DNA of 64,000 nucleotides from a bacterium (GCA_043811375.1 JBDRNJ010000072.1:167053-231052); one strand, 5' to 3'; shown: positions 1 to 10,783, counted from the first letter of the stretch. The notes: generated from the sequence alone by a model not told the origin. Numbers and translations: made by a program.

Positions 1-1393
1 AAACTGAAAGATGGTCCGCTTTGTCACTGCCCGTGTTGTAAGCAATATAGCTTCTGGCGGTCAGATTGCCAGCGTTGATTCGGCTCTCCATTCGCAGCCG
101 CCGGTCTGTTTGCACCTGTCCCCGTTTCCTGGTCCGATTGAGAAAGTCAAAGCGCAGTTCTCTGCCGGGGGAAGTTTGCCACACCAGTGCCGCTAAATAC
201 CGGACATTCAGCGAATCGCTGTTGAGGCCGGCATACAGGACGGAGTTGACCACTTCCAGATCGTCAGCAGCCCGCACAATGCTTCTGATCATCGCACCTG
301 CCTGTCCGGAACGCCTGGTCGAATAAGTAAAGTCGACCCTGTCCAGCGATGTTGTGTGAAGGACACGACCGGACTTGCCTCCGGCGGCAAGATCAAGGTA
401 AGTGTCGGCGTAGACCCAGCCGGCATATCTGACCTCGGCCGCCTGGAGACGATGCCGACCTTCGACCACCAGCCCGGCCCAGGCCGGCCTTGCCCCGGTT
501 TGCCCGCATGATTCCAGACGCAGGTACCCGCTCCGGTAGCGGTAGTCGGACGAGAGGGCATACTTGACGTCATCAAGAACAACTCCGGTGGTACGGTTCT
601 TGAGCCGGGTGGCACCCAGTATGACACCGGGTCGGAATGATCCGGACGCGGCAGATATCATACCCCCGTACGAGACGATGCTGTGGTCGTTATCGCGGTT
701 GACGGAGGCGAGTGTCTGCATGGATGTGCCGCGCCAGCGGGTTTTAGCATAGAAACCGTTAAAACCGCCGTAGTCGGGAAACAGGACCGACTCTATCTCC
801 AGCCGATCAGAAGACTCCAGCAACTTACCCCGATATCCCAGCACTGTTCCGGCGCCCAGACGACGCGAGAAGCTTCCCAGGGTCAGTTCCCGCAGTACCG
901 TCTGCCGGTTGCGGTAGGTGAGTCCTCGGCTGACGATTCGTTCGGTCCCGGAAAATCCCCGGTGGATCATCAATGCCGCGTGGAGATTTCCGCCCAGGTA
1001 GAAACGGCCGGAAGTGCGGTATTCACCACGCCCGGATTCACTAATTTCCTGTACGTAGCGATAGCGGAGAACCGTGTGGGGTCGGGTCGTCGGGAGTGTG
1101 TCGCAAGAAAATACCGCCCTCTGTTCTTTTTCCAGCGACGTCCTCAAAGCCAGTTCAGACCTGAGAAAAGCCGACAGGTTGGGTATTTCATCAAACAGAT
1201 CGCCAGCGGCGGAATCGAGACCGTGGACAATGATCTCGCGTAGCGTCAGGTACTGCTGATAATCGATTTCCCCCAACTGCCAGGCTTGATACAACTCATC
1301 TTCGGATGAAAAGACTTCTGTCGCCGGTTCCAGTCCGTCCGCCACCGACACCATAAGCAGCAAGGTCGGAATGACCATCACCAGTGATCGCAC
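1..1393 (-). CDS. Exported, probably outer-membrane, hypothetical protein; partial, runs off the left edge
   Basis: Absent from the ORF track because no stop lies inside the window. Read manually from GTG at 1393: MRSLVMVIPTLLLMVSVADGLEPATEVFSSEDELYQAWQLGEIDYQQY..., open to position 1. Signal-peptide-like N-terminus and later beta-strand-like segments; starts 2 nt after the sigma54 activator stop. Confidence 0.7.
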   Translation of the reverse strand, partial: MRSLVMVIPTLLLMVSVADGLEPATEVFSSEDELYQAWQLGEIDYQQYLTLREIIVHGLDSAAGDLFDEIPNLSAFLRSELALRTSLEKEQRAVFSCDTLPTTRPHTVLRYRYVQEISESGRGEYRTSGRFYLGGNLHAALMIHRGFSGTERIVSRGLTYRNRQTVLRELTLGSFSRRLGAGTVLGYRGKLLESSDRLEIESVLFPDYGGFNGFYAKTRWRGTSMQTLASVNRDNDHSIVSYGGMISAASGSFRPGVILGATRLKNRTTGVVLDDVKYALSSDYRYRSGYLRLESCGQTGARPAWAGLVVEGRHRLQAAEVRYAGWVYADTYLDLAAGGKSGRVLHTTSLDRVDFTYSTRRSGQAGAMIRSIVRAADDLEVVNSVLYAGLNSDSLNVRYLAALVWQTSPGRELRFDFLNRTRKRGQVQTDRRLRMESRINAGNLTARSYIAYNTGSDKADHLSV

Positions 1394-1395
1394 GG

Positions 1396-2853
1396 TCAGC
1401 TCAGATGATACTTCTTGAGTTTACGGTAGAGTGTCCGTTCACCTATACCCAGTCTGCGGGCGGCTTCCTTGCGATTACCGCCGGTGTCGGACAGGGCCTT
1501 GACGATGAGTGCTCTTTCCATCTGCTCCACGGTTGTCCCCGGTGGTACCTGGGCTGACTCTGCCGTATCCTGCTCAGCCGGAATTTCGGTCGGGAGGTGA
1601 GAGGTAATAATATCTCGCAGCAGGCGAATCTCGTTGCCCATTGAGAGAATCGCCCGATAGATGAGTTCCTGACCGGCTTCCTCAACCGTGCGGCCGGTGG
1701 TAACGGGCAAGTGCACGGCACCGGCGCGCTGCTCGTCAAGGAAAGTCTCGATATCTTCGGCCTCGACCAGTCCCTCCGGTTTGAGAGCCGCCATACGGTC
1801 GGCAAAGTTCTTCAACTGGCGGATATTGCCGGGCCAGTCATATTTCACCAGGAGTTCCAGGGCTGAGTCAGAGTAGTCCAGGTCTTGACGCCCCGACCAG
1901 AAATGCTGCAACAACGGCTGTATGTCGCATTTTCTCTCCCATAGCGGCGGCAGAACAACCTTAACGACACTGATCCTGAAATAGAGATCCTCACGGAACA
2001 AGCGATCGGCGATAGCCTCATTGAGATCACGGTTGGTGGCCGCGATAACACGTACATCCGTTCTTGACGGCGTTGAGGAACCGACCGGGTAATAGGTACC
2101 GTCCTCCAGAACCCGCAGCAGTTTGGTTTGCATTGGCGGACTGGTTTCACCTATTTCGTCTAAGAAGATCGTGCCGCCGTCAGCTTTGTGAAAGAGACCC
2201 CGGCGTCGCCCCACCGACCCGGTAAAAGCACCCTTTTCATGACCGAACAGTTCCGACTCCAGGACTCCCTCGGCCAGGGCGCCACAATTGACAGACACAA
2301 AAGGACGGTCGCTGCGAGCCGAGTTTTCATGCAGAGCGCGAGCCACCAGTTCTTTGCCGGAACCGGACGGACCCACTATCAGCACCGACACCTCGGTGGC
2401 GGCAAGGCGTTTGATTGTCTGGCCCACGGCTTTCATTCGTGGAGACCGGCCGATCATCTTCAACTGTGTCAGCAGGTCTTTGCCATCGAGAATGCGGCCA
2501 ACGGCTTTTGCGATACCCTGCTGGTCGGCATCACGACTGATAACACCATCGATAAAATCGTGGGGCGGTTCCGAATGAATGTCACCGGCGGCCACCATCC
2601 AGATTTCGGTCAGTCCATAGTAACGGCGAATCTTGGCCGCTACGGCCCGCTTGAGATCTGAACGACTTTCATCGACCAGGATCAGGTCGATCCGATTCTC
2701 TCTGACCAGATGGTAAAGTTGCGATAACTCGGTGACGACTTGTCCGACAGCCGTCCAGTCGATGAGGTCATCGGTCACCTCCTGAGCGTTCAGCAACACG
2801 GCGACTCTTTTTTTTGAACTCCGGCGATTGGTAGTCTTTTCCAGTTTGTTCAC
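1396..2853 (-). CDS. Sigma-54-dependent Fis-family transcriptional activator with degenerate N-terminal receiver-like domain
   Basis: Walker A GPSGSGKE, ESELFGHEKGAFTGS, Walker B FLDEIGE, RVIAATN, WPGNIRQL and a C-terminal Fis HTH (GGNRKEAARRLGIGERTLYRKL). Confidence 0.95.
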   Translation of the reverse strand: MNKLEKTTNRRSSKKRVAVLLNAQEVTDDLIDWTAVGQVVTELSQLYHLVRENRIDLILVDESRSDLKRAVAAKIRRYYGLTEIWMVAAGDIHSEPPHDFIDGVISRDADQQGIAKAVGRILDGKDLLTQLKMIGRSPRMKAVGQTIKRLAATEVSVLIVGPSGSGKELVARALHENSARSDRPFVSVNCGALAEGVLESELFGHEKGAFTGSVGRRRGLFHKADGGTIFLDEIGETSPPMQTKLLRVLEDGTYYPVGSSTPSRTDVRVIAATNRDLNEAIADRLFREDLYFRISVVKVVLPPLWERKCDIQPLLQHFWSGRQDLDYSDSALELLVKYDWPGNIRQLKNFADRMAALKPEGLVEAEDIETFLDEQRAGAVHLPVTTGRTVEEAGQELIYRAILSMGNEIRLLRDIITSHLPTEIPAEQDTAESAQVPPGTTVEQMERALIVKALSDTGGNRKEAARRLGIGERTLYRKLKKYHLS

Positions 2854-2929
2854 CTGCTACTTCCCGGTTGCCAAAACGTTTAGAGCTTGACTTAAAAGGT
2901 CCATAAGTGCCGTTCCGAACGCCGGAGTG

Positions 2930-3061
2930 GTCATGCTGAGCGGAGTCGAAGCATGGCAGCTATCGGCTGATTTATGAGTCTCCCAACTTCAGTCTTACTT
3001 CCATTACGCTAAAGCAAAATGTGGCGACACCACTCACCCTTCGACTCCGCTCAGGGTGACG
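2930..3061. repeat. Empty CGTC/GTCA-type palindromic element (paired inverted repeats)
   Basis: GTCATGCTGAGCGGAGTCGAAG (2930) is the inverted partner of CTTCGACTCCGCTCAGGGTGAC (ends 3060), about 80 nt apart. Confidence 0.8.
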
Positions 3062-3259
3062 ACATTCGCTGCCTTTCGTTTGTTCGGTTGGGTCTTGGCT
3101 CGCCTCCGGGCGAGGTGTAACCCGACCGGAAATCCACTTAGTTGCAGCACAAGTCCTTGGGAGATATTCGTCAGGTCACACCCCCGACTTCATCGGTGGC
3201 AAGACCTGACGAAACATTATTATGACACAGCTTGTCCGCTCAGGGTGACGACATTCGCT
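3046..3259. repeat. 25-bp exact direct repeat bracketing a segment with a CGTCAGGTC...GACCTGACG palindrome
   Basis: TCCGCTCAGGGTGACGACATTCGCT at 3046-3070 and 3235-3259; internal inverted repeat at 3169-3211. Confidence 0.8.
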
Positions 3260-3291
3260 ACCTTGTGAAACATACTTATGGGACAACCTCT

Positions 3292-5475
3292 TCACTTCCG
3301 ACCTGTCTTTTTACGACGAGTCCCTGCCGCCCGTTTACGCCCGTCTTTGCCGGATCGCCGACCTTTGGGAGGCACCACAAAAAGATCAATTCCGCTGTTT
3401 ATTTTGTCAACCTTGAGCACACCAACCCTGATTTTGTCACCCAGTCGGAAACATCGCCGGCTGGCACGACCCACCATCCGATGCTGCTTCTCGTCGAATC
3501 GGTAGTAATCGTCATCGATGGTTGACATACGCACGAGACCTTCGGCACCCATATTGTCGAGCCTGACGAAGAAACCGTATGAAGCGACGCCGGAGATCAC
3601 ACCATCGAACTCATCACCCAGGTGGCGAGCCATGTAGGTTGCCTGCTTGACTTTGATGGCCTGACGTTCGGCTGCTTCGGAGGTTCGTTCGGTCTCGGAA
3701 CAATGCCGACCGGTATGGTCAATCACGGAGACTACTCTCCGGGCGAACGCCGGCGGGTACTTCCCGTCCCGCAACCGTCTCAGCAGGCGATGAACCAGCA
3801 GGTCCGGATAGCGCCGAATCGGCGAGGTAAAGTGCGTATAGTGTGTAAAAGCCAATCCGAAATGACCGATATTTCGACGCTGGTAGACCGCTTTCTGCAT
3901 CGACCGCAGCATCAGCTCATTGATAAAATCTGATTCCGGCCGGTCTTTGACCTGGTCCAGAAAACGTGCGAAGGCCAGCGGTTTCATATCAGGTGAAACG
4001 ACAAAGCGATGTCCCAGCCGGGTCATCATCTCCGAAAAAGCTTCCAGTTTCTCCATGTCCGGTCGGTCATGGACACGATAGAGAAAAGGCTGAGCCTTGC
4101 GGAAGACTTCCAGCGCCACCGCTCGATTGGCCGCCAGCATGAACTCTTCGACCAGCCGATGCGACTCCAGTCGTACGCGACTGCCCAGTTCGAGTACTTC
4201 TCCCCGTCGGTTGAGAATGATTTTTGCCTCCGGCAGGTCAAAGTCCAGCGAGCCGTGTGCAAATCGACGCTTGCTCAGAAGCTTCGCCAGCCGACGCGCT
4301 ACGGTCAGGCTTTCGGCAACTCGGGCTACCCGGGAGTTGGCCGTACTGTCGTCAAAGAAAGTCTGTACGTCTTCGTAAGACAACCTGGCTCGGGATTTGA
4401 TCACGGTGTCATCCAGACGCCATGACAACATCTTTCCCCTACGGTCAAAATCGATGAATATGGAAAAGGCTAAGCGTTTCCGGTTCGGTTTGAGCGAACA
4501 GACGTCGTTGGAAAGAACCTCGGGCAGCATTGGAATCACCATCCCCGGCAGATAAACCGAGTTACCCCGCTCAAACGCCTCTTTGTCCAGTTCCGAGCCG
4601 GCCGCAACGAAGTACGAGACATCAGCGATATGCACTCCCAGACGGAACCCGCCGGTCACTTCCTCAACCGAGACGGCATCATCATGGTCTTTGGCATCGA
4701 CCGGATCGATAGTGTAGACGCACTCCCGGGTAAGGTCCAGCCGTCGCTCCATTTCCGACGATGTCATGGTTGCATGGGCAGCTTCCGCCTCGCGCACCAC
4801 CTGTGCCGGGAACTTCTCCGACAAGCCGAAACTCCTTACAACCGACAACATGTCAACACCCGGATCGCCCGGTAAACCCAATCGTTCTTTGACCGAAGCG
4901 ACCGGATTCTCATACGGGTTGTCCCAGGCACTCAACACCGCCACCACTTTCTCGCCGTCGGCTGCGCCGGCCGTTTCGCCCCGTGGGATGTACAAGTCGC
5001 GCTGGAATCGCGGGTTATCGGGCCGGACAAAGCATAGTTGACGACTCTGATGAAAAACACCTATTATGTTCCTGTCAGCCCTTTCCACCACCCTGATCAC
5101 TGCCGCCGTCTGACGACCACTCCGCTGCCCGGTGAGGCGCACCATAACCCGATCACCATCCATAGCGGTGGCCATATCAGAAGGAGGAATCATGACATCC
5201 TCGACATCCTCCTCTGCCTCGCGCGCCACGAATCCAGTGCCGCCGCGCGTGACGGAGATTTCCCCGACCAGAATATCCATGCGAGCGGCCAGACCGATAC
5301 GGTTCCGCTTGAGTTTGACCAGTTCACCTGTCTCCAGCAACTGTCGGATCACCTGCCGAAATCGACGATAATCTGATTGCGGAATCTCAAGCGCCGTCGC
5401 CAATTCCTTGATCTTCATGGGCCGCTGCGATTGCGACCTGATGAAAGCAACTATCTGTTCCGGGTCAAAGGTCAT
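3292..5475 (-). CDS. rnr: Ribonuclease R
   Basis: N-terminal HTH and cold-shock domains, RNB motif TIDPVDAKDHDDA, HFTSPIRRYPDL, S1 domain and basic C-terminal tail. Confidence 0.97.
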   Translation of the reverse strand: MTFDPEQIVAFIRSQSQRPMKIKELATALEIPQSDYRRFRQVIRQLLETGELVKLKRNRIGLAARMDILVGEISVTRGGTGFVAREAEEDVEDVMIPPSDMATAMDGDRVMVRLTGQRSGRQTAAVIRVVERADRNIIGVFHQSRQLCFVRPDNPRFQRDLYIPRGETAGAADGEKVVAVLSAWDNPYENPVASVKERLGLPGDPGVDMLSVVRSFGLSEKFPAQVVREAEAAHATMTSSEMERRLDLTRECVYTIDPVDAKDHDDAVSVEEVTGGFRLGVHIADVSYFVAAGSELDKEAFERGNSVYLPGMVIPMLPEVLSNDVCSLKPNRKRLAFSIFIDFDRRGKMLSWRLDDTVIKSRARLSYEDVQTFFDDSTANSRVARVAESLTVARRLAKLLSKRRFAHGSLDFDLPEAKIILNRRGEVLELGSRVRLESHRLVEEFMLAANRAVALEVFRKAQPFLYRVHDRPDMEKLEAFSEMMTRLGHRFVVSPDMKPLAFARFLDQVKDRPESDFINELMLRSMQKAVYQRRNIGHFGLAFTHYTHFTSPIRRYPDLLVHRLLRRLRDGKYPPAFARRVVSVIDHTGRHCSETERTSEAAERQAIKVKQATYMARHLGDEFDGVISGVASYGFFVRLDNMGAEGLVRMSTIDDDYYRFDEKQHRMVGRASRRCFRLGDKIRVGVLKVDKINSGIDLFVVPPKGRRSGKDGRKRAAGTRRKKTGRK

Positions 5476-5639
5476 TACCCGAATATATTAAGACGAAATT
5501 AAACCCAGTCAAGCAAGAATGGCAGAATTATGCCATTCTGACAGATTATATTTCATCACACTCCAGCTACAAACTGCGGACCGGGTGGATTTAACTCTCC
5601 TAAGATACTGTAAGACAACGAACAACCGAGAATTATCGC

Positions 5640-5667
5640 TTGACACGGCTTTGCAGAATGATATATT
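5640..5667 (+). promoter_or_regulatory. Putative sigma70 promoter of the dockerin-protein cluster
   Basis: TTGACA-16 nt-TATATT upstream of 5722. Confidence 0.45.
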
Positions 5668-5721
5668 GTTGATGGATAAGGAAGTTCAGATCTATTTACA
5701 CTGTCTGAAGGTTAACTACAA

Positions 5722-8121
5722 ATGAATCGTTTGATGTTTATTGTGGTGCTGGCTGGCTGTATGACCGGTCTGGGGATTACGGTTTCTGCGAGTGTGATTC
5801 ATGTTCCCGGTGATTCGGCCACTATTCAGGCGGGAATCAACGGTGCGTCGACGGGCGACACCGTGTTAGTTGCCGACGGCACCTATACCGGAGTTGGGAA
5901 CCGTGACCTTGATTTCATGGGCAAGAACATTGTCCTGAAGTCTCAAAACGGCCCGGAAGTTACGATTATCGACTGTCAGGGTGATTCGCTTGACGAGCAC
6001 TTTGGGATAATTCTTGAGAATGGCGAAGACACTACCGCCACTATAGAAGGTTTTACTATTACCAACAGCTATGTCATAGAGTGGAAGTCAGGCGCCATCT
6101 GGATGAAGGATGCCTCGGCGACTGTCAGGAACTGTGTTGTTACCGGCAACCATGGTAAGGGTATTTATCACGATTTCGCTTTGAATCGCACGTTTCTGCT
6201 GTATGACTCCAAGATCAACAACAACAGCGGCACGGGATTCTGGAGCGAGGCCTGGATCACAATTGTATCCGGGTGCGAGATTTCGTTCAACGGCCAATAC
6301 GGCATGAACTGGTCTTCGTGGAACAAGCTGGAATTATCCGACTGCCTGTTTGAAGGCAACGCTGATGACGGCCTGTTTATCTGGACCTCCGGCCCTGATT
6401 TTCACGTTTACAACTGCACGTTTGTCGGCAACGGCAACGGGATGTCTTACGAATGGAACTTTCCCAAAAGTGGTGACGGAACCGCCGGGACATCGAGGGT
6501 GACATGCGTCATTGAGAACTGTCTCTTTGCTTATAATGACAATGCGGGACTGTCATCATACCATTTCCCCTTCAGCATCAATGTTCACTGTAATAACGCC
6601 TACGGCAACGGCACCGCTGACTACGACCTCCACCTGGACGAGCCCACCGACACCGCCAACAACATATCTCTGCACCCGCTTTTTTGCGATACTGCTTCCG
6701 GCGATTACACTATCGACGCCATTTCGCCCTGTGCCGCAACCAGCCCGCTCAATCCCTGCGCTACCCTGATCGGCCGCTACGACGTCGGTTGCGCGCTGGT
6801 GCCGGATACTGATGGCGACGGCATCGGTGACGACGGGGATAACTGTCCGCTCGTTTACAACCCCGGCCAGGAAGATACCGACGGCGACGGTATCGGTGAC
6901 AGCTGCGACGTCGAGATAGTCTGGTATGTCAAGGCCGATGGCAGCGGCGATGCACCCACCATCCAGGCCGCGGTTGATTCGGCATCAGACGGTGATACCG
7001 TGCTGGTTGCGGCCGGCACCTACACCGGCGTCGGTAACCGCGCCATTGATCTGAGCGGCAAAGTGCTGGTTGTGATTTCAGAAAGTGGCGCCGGTTCAAC
7101 GACTGTTGACTGTGAAGCGGTACCCGGCGCTGCCTTCCTGGTCGTCACCGGCGAGGACTCGCTGACTGTAATCGACGGCTTCACTATAACCGGGGCTCTT
7201 GGTGGCTACGACACCGGCGCCGTGGTCTGCCGGTCGGCATCGCCCACTATCCGCAACTGCATCATTACTCAGAACGAATGCTATGGCTTCATGGGCGATC
7301 ACTCCTCGGCGATAATCGAAAACTGTGTCCTCTCACATAATAACTCTGATGGCGTGTATGCGTTTGCGGCCTACCCACCTATCCGGATAACCGGCTGCGA
7401 AGTATCGAATAATCTGTACAACGGCGTCTTCAGCGCCTGGCACGGAATGCTGGAGATGTCCGACTGCCTGGTCACAAACAACGGTGAGCACGGGCTGCTG
7501 ATTCTCACTTTTGCAGAAGAGTATCATGTCACCAACTGTACTTTTGTCGGCAACAAGTACGGAATGACGTTCTGGTTCAACTATCCCAAGGGCAGCTCGG
7601 TCCAACCGACCTTCGACAGCGCCGCGGTCATGAACTGCATTTTTGCCTTTAACGAAGACAAAGGTCTGACACTTGACCAGACGTTTGAGATCTCGGCCAT
7701 TGCGCGCTGTAATAATTCCTATGGCAACCCCGGTGGTGATTACGAGTTCGGTATTCTAGATACCACGATATCGTTCGCAAACTTGTCACTGCACCCGTTG
7801 TTCTGTGACACCGCCATCGGCGACTTCACTATAGCCGAGGAATCTCCCTGCGCTCCGGCCAACAACTCCTGCGGTGTGCTAATGGGCGTTTTCGGTACTG
7901 CCTGCAAATGTTGTCAGGAGCCGGGTGATGTCGACCACAGCGGCGGCGTCGATGCCGGCGACCTGACCTACCTGGTAGCGTATCTTTTCCAGGGCGGCCC
8001 ACCACCACCATGTCCGGAGGAGGGTGATGTCGACGGCAGCGGCACCATGGATGTTGGCGACCTGACGTTCCTGGTGGCTTACCTGTTCCAGGGCGGTGGT
8101 CCGCCCTTGCCGTGCCCGTGA
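5722..8121 (+). CDS. Secreted protein: two right-handed beta-helix modules, TSP3-like Ca-binding repeat, C-terminal dockerin-like domain
   Basis: Signal peptide; two TIQAxxxxAxxGDTVLVAxGTYTG-started PbH1 modules; DTDGDGIGDDGDNCP; tail GDVDHSGGVDAGDLTYLVAYLFQGGPPPPCP. Confidence 0.9.
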   Translation: MNRLMFIVVLAGCMTGLGITVSASVIHVPGDSATIQAGINGASTGDTVLVADGTYTGVGNRDLDFMGKNIVLKSQNGPEVTIIDCQGDSLDEHFGIILENGEDTTATIEGFTITNSYVIEWKSGAIWMKDASATVRNCVVTGNHGKGIYHDFALNRTFLLYDSKINNNSGTGFWSEAWITIVSGCEISFNGQYGMNWSSWNKLELSDCLFEGNADDGLFIWTSGPDFHVYNCTFVGNGNGMSYEWNFPKSGDGTAGTSRVTCVIENCLFAYNDNAGLSSYHFPFSINVHCNNAYGNGTADYDLHLDEPTDTANNISLHPLFCDTASGDYTIDAISPCAATSPLNPCATLIGRYDVGCALVPDTDGDGIGDDGDNCPLVYNPGQEDTDGDGIGDSCDVEIVWYVKADGSGDAPTIQAAVDSASDGDTVLVAAGTYTGVGNRAIDLSGKVLVVISESGAGSTTVDCEAVPGAAFLVVTGEDSLTVIDGFTITGALGGYDTGAVVCRSASPTIRNCIITQNECYGFMGDHSSAIIENCVLSHNNSDGVYAFAAYPPIRITGCEVSNNLYNGVFSAWHGMLEMSDCLVTNNGEHGLLILTFAEEYHVTNCTFVGNKYGMTFWFNYPKGSSVQPTFDSAAVMNCIFAFNEDKGLTLDQTFEISAIARCNNSYGNPGGDYEFGILDTTISFANLSLHPLFCDTAIGDFTIAEESPCAPANNSCGVLMGVFGTACKCCQEPGDVDHSGGVDAGDLTYLVAYLFQGGPPPPCPEEGDVDGSGTMDVGDLTFLVAYLFQGGGPPLPCP

Positions 8122-8163
8122 TAAGGCAATTGACAGCATAACCTTAACTGGAGAGAGAATTCC

Positions 8164-10671
8164 ATGACCCTGGTGAAAGCACTGTCTATTGGCGTCAGCC
8201 TGATTTTCGCACTGTCGCACGTAACCTTTGCCTCGATAATCCATGTCCCCGGTGATTCCGCGACCGTACAAGCCGGTATCGACGGCGCCGGCAGCGGCGA
8301 CACAGTCCTGGTCGCACCCGGATCATACGTTGAGAACATCCTTTTCGGCGGTGTGGATATCGCGGTAACCAGTTCGGCCGGTGCCGAAAGCACATTCCTG
8401 GAGCCGCTGACAGATGCTCAGCCGATCGTCACCTTCAACAGCAATGAGAGTCTCGACTGCGAACTGTCCGGTTTCACGCTCCGCAACAGCGGTGCTTCAC
8501 CGGCCATTGAAATCACCGGGAGTTCGCCCACGGTCCGTGATAATATTTTCTTCAACAACCGCGAGGATGCCTGGAGCGGCGTATCAGTAATTACCATCTA
8601 TCCCGATGCTGCTCCGAACGTCTGCTACAATCTCTTTTACGACAATGACGGACCGGCCGGTATCTCGGTCGCCGGTGCCGCAGCCATATTCAACAACACC
8701 ATTGTTGACTCCCGCCGCTACGGTATCATAGTCAACAATGACACTGCTGTTGTTATAAACAATATCATCGTCGCCGCCGGTCAGAGGGCCATAATCGGTT
8801 CTGATGTAGCATGGATAGACTACAACAACGTCTTTGAACCGTCGTCTGGCGGTCCCATTGGACCCAACAGCATATCTGTCGACCCGCGCTTTGTAGACCC
8901 CGCCGTGCGCGACTACCGGTTAAGCTACCTGTCGACCTGCATCAACGCCGGTGTCCCAACACCGCCTTACACTGATCCGGACGGTACACCGGCTGACATG
9001 GGTGCTTTTCCCTGGCATTTTGAACCGCCGGCAGCCGTAGGCATTGCGGTTGATTCCGGCACCCTGACCCCAACCTTCACCTGGACTTTCAGCGACACAG
9101 CCGCTACAACCCAGCAGGGTTATGAGCTTGAGGTCGGCACCGATCTCAACTGGGATGTCACCGAGATGTGGTCGTCCGGGCAAGTGTCGTCCGGGACCGG
9201 TTCCGCCCTGTATGGTGGTACTGCCCTTCAGGACCGCCAACTCTACTACTACCGCCTGCGTCTGGACAACGGCACTACCTGGGGAGCCTGGGTCACCGGC
9301 CGTTTCGCCGTTCAGATTGCAGCGTACCAGACCATTGCGGTCCCCGGCCAATTGCCCAACATACAGGACGGTATCGACGCTGCTCTGCCTGGTGACACGG
9401 TACTGGTAGCGGACGGAACCTACACCGGCCCCGGCAACCGTGACCTTGATTTCTGGGGGAAGAACGTCATCCTGAAATCGGAAAACGGTCCGGACGTGGC
9501 GGTTATCGACTGTCAGGGTGATTCCGCCGTGCAGCGTCGGGCCTTCCGGGTCCACTATGGAGAAGATTCAACCTGTGTTATCGACGGTCTCACTCTCACC
9601 AACACCTACGATGACGGTGATCGTTATTCCCGGGAGGCGGCTGTTCTGCTCATAGCTTCGGCGCCGACTATCCGCAACTGCGTCATTACTGGCAACACCG
9701 GCTGTGGCATTTACGCCGAACCGGCAGCATTGAGTCTGATTATCGAGGACTGTGTCGTCACTCACAACTCCGGGTACGGCGGCATCTGGGTTGACTGGGG
9801 AGTTGTGCGCATTGCGAGTTCGGAGATCGCTTTCAACAACGGAGCGGGAGCGTTCATTTACTCGGTCGCTTACGACACCACTAAAGTCTCCGATTGCCTG
9901 TTCCGGGGCAACGGTGGCGATGGTCTGCGGATAATCCAGATGATGATGTGGGAGAAAATCCAGGTCTCAAACTGCACGTTTGTAGGCAATCAGAACGGAC
10001 TGGTGACCGACTGGGACTGGGCCAAAGGTAGTCCGGCCGGCGCCTCTGACGATACAACTTCATCGCTTCACAACAATCTGGCGGCCTACAATCGGGGAGC
10101 CGGCATCTATCTGGCGGCCCCTTTCGACTACTATGTTGAATGCAATAACTCCTTCGGCAATGCCGGCAGTGACTGGGCGGGCCTGGATTTTGGGCACGGG
10201 GATCCGTTCGGCAATCTCTCGCTTAACCCGCTGTTCTGTGACACCACCGCCGGAGATTTCACACTTGACTCCCTGTCACCCTGTGCGCCGGATAACCCTT
10301 TGAACCAATGCGGTCAGGTGATCGGAGCCTATGGCGTTGGCTGCCAGATCCACGCCGACAGTGACAGCGACGGTATCGCAGATGCTTACGACAATTGCCC
10401 GGTTGATCCCAACCCTGAACAGGAAGACACTGACGGTGACGGCGTCGGCGACGCCTGCTGCTGCGTGGAACCGGGTGATGTCGACCACAGCGGCAGCGTC
10501 GATGCCGGCGACCTGACCTACCTGGTAGCGTATCTATTCCAGGGCGGCCTACCACCGCCGTGTCCGGAGGAGGGCGATGTCGACGGCAGCGGCACCATGG
10601 ATGTTGGCGACCTGACGTTCCTGGTGGCTTACCTTTTCCAGGGCGGTGGCCCGCCTCTGCCTTGTCCGTAG
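8164..10671 (+). CDS. Secreted protein: beta-helix, FnIII-like, beta-helix, TSP3-like repeat, dockerin-like domain
   Basis: Paralog of 5722-8121 with an extra PTFTWTFSD...YELEVG...YYYRLR beta-sandwich and a near-identical tail. Confidence 0.9.
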   Translation: MTLVKALSIGVSLIFALSHVTFASIIHVPGDSATVQAGIDGAGSGDTVLVAPGSYVENILFGGVDIAVTSSAGAESTFLEPLTDAQPIVTFNSNESLDCELSGFTLRNSGASPAIEITGSSPTVRDNIFFNNREDAWSGVSVITIYPDAAPNVCYNLFYDNDGPAGISVAGAAAIFNNTIVDSRRYGIIVNNDTAVVINNIIVAAGQRAIIGSDVAWIDYNNVFEPSSGGPIGPNSISVDPRFVDPAVRDYRLSYLSTCINAGVPTPPYTDPDGTPADMGAFPWHFEPPAAVGIAVDSGTLTPTFTWTFSDTAATTQQGYELEVGTDLNWDVTEMWSSGQVSSGTGSALYGGTALQDRQLYYYRLRLDNGTTWGAWVTGRFAVQIAAYQTIAVPGQLPNIQDGIDAALPGDTVLVADGTYTGPGNRDLDFWGKNVILKSENGPDVAVIDCQGDSAVQRRAFRVHYGEDSTCVIDGLTLTNTYDDGDRYSREAAVLLIASAPTIRNCVITGNTGCGIYAEPAALSLIIEDCVVTHNSGYGGIWVDWGVVRIASSEIAFNNGAGAFIYSVAYDTTKVSDCLFRGNGGDGLRIIQMMMWEKIQVSNCTFVGNQNGLVTDWDWAKGSPAGASDDTTSSLHNNLAAYNRGAGIYLAAPFDYYVECNNSFGNAGSDWAGLDFGHGDPFGNLSLNPLFCDTTAGDFTLDSLSPCAPDNPLNQCGQVIGAYGVGCQIHADSDSDGIADAYDNCPVDPNPEQEDTDGDGVGDACCCVEPGDVDHSGSVDAGDLTYLVAYLFQGGLPPPCPEEGDVDGSGTMDVGDLTFLVAYLFQGGGPPLPCP

Positions 10672-10755
10672 GTAACCTGACCGGGTAATATCAGACAGGC
10701 TGTCATTTCTTAATTCAAGTAACTCTCTCGCGGCTAAGTTCGCCGACAGTACTGG

Positions 10756-10783
10756 TTGACAGATCGCTATCTACCGATATACT
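10756..10783 (+). promoter_or_regulatory. Putative sigma70 promoter
   Basis: TTGACA-16 nt-TATACT, 36 nt before the 10820 start. Confidence 0.5.

Noticed and set aside
7921..10671. Diversity-generating retroelement TR/VR pair
   Set aside because: Mismatches are not adenine-specific, both copies are coding tails, and no reverse transcriptase is in the window.
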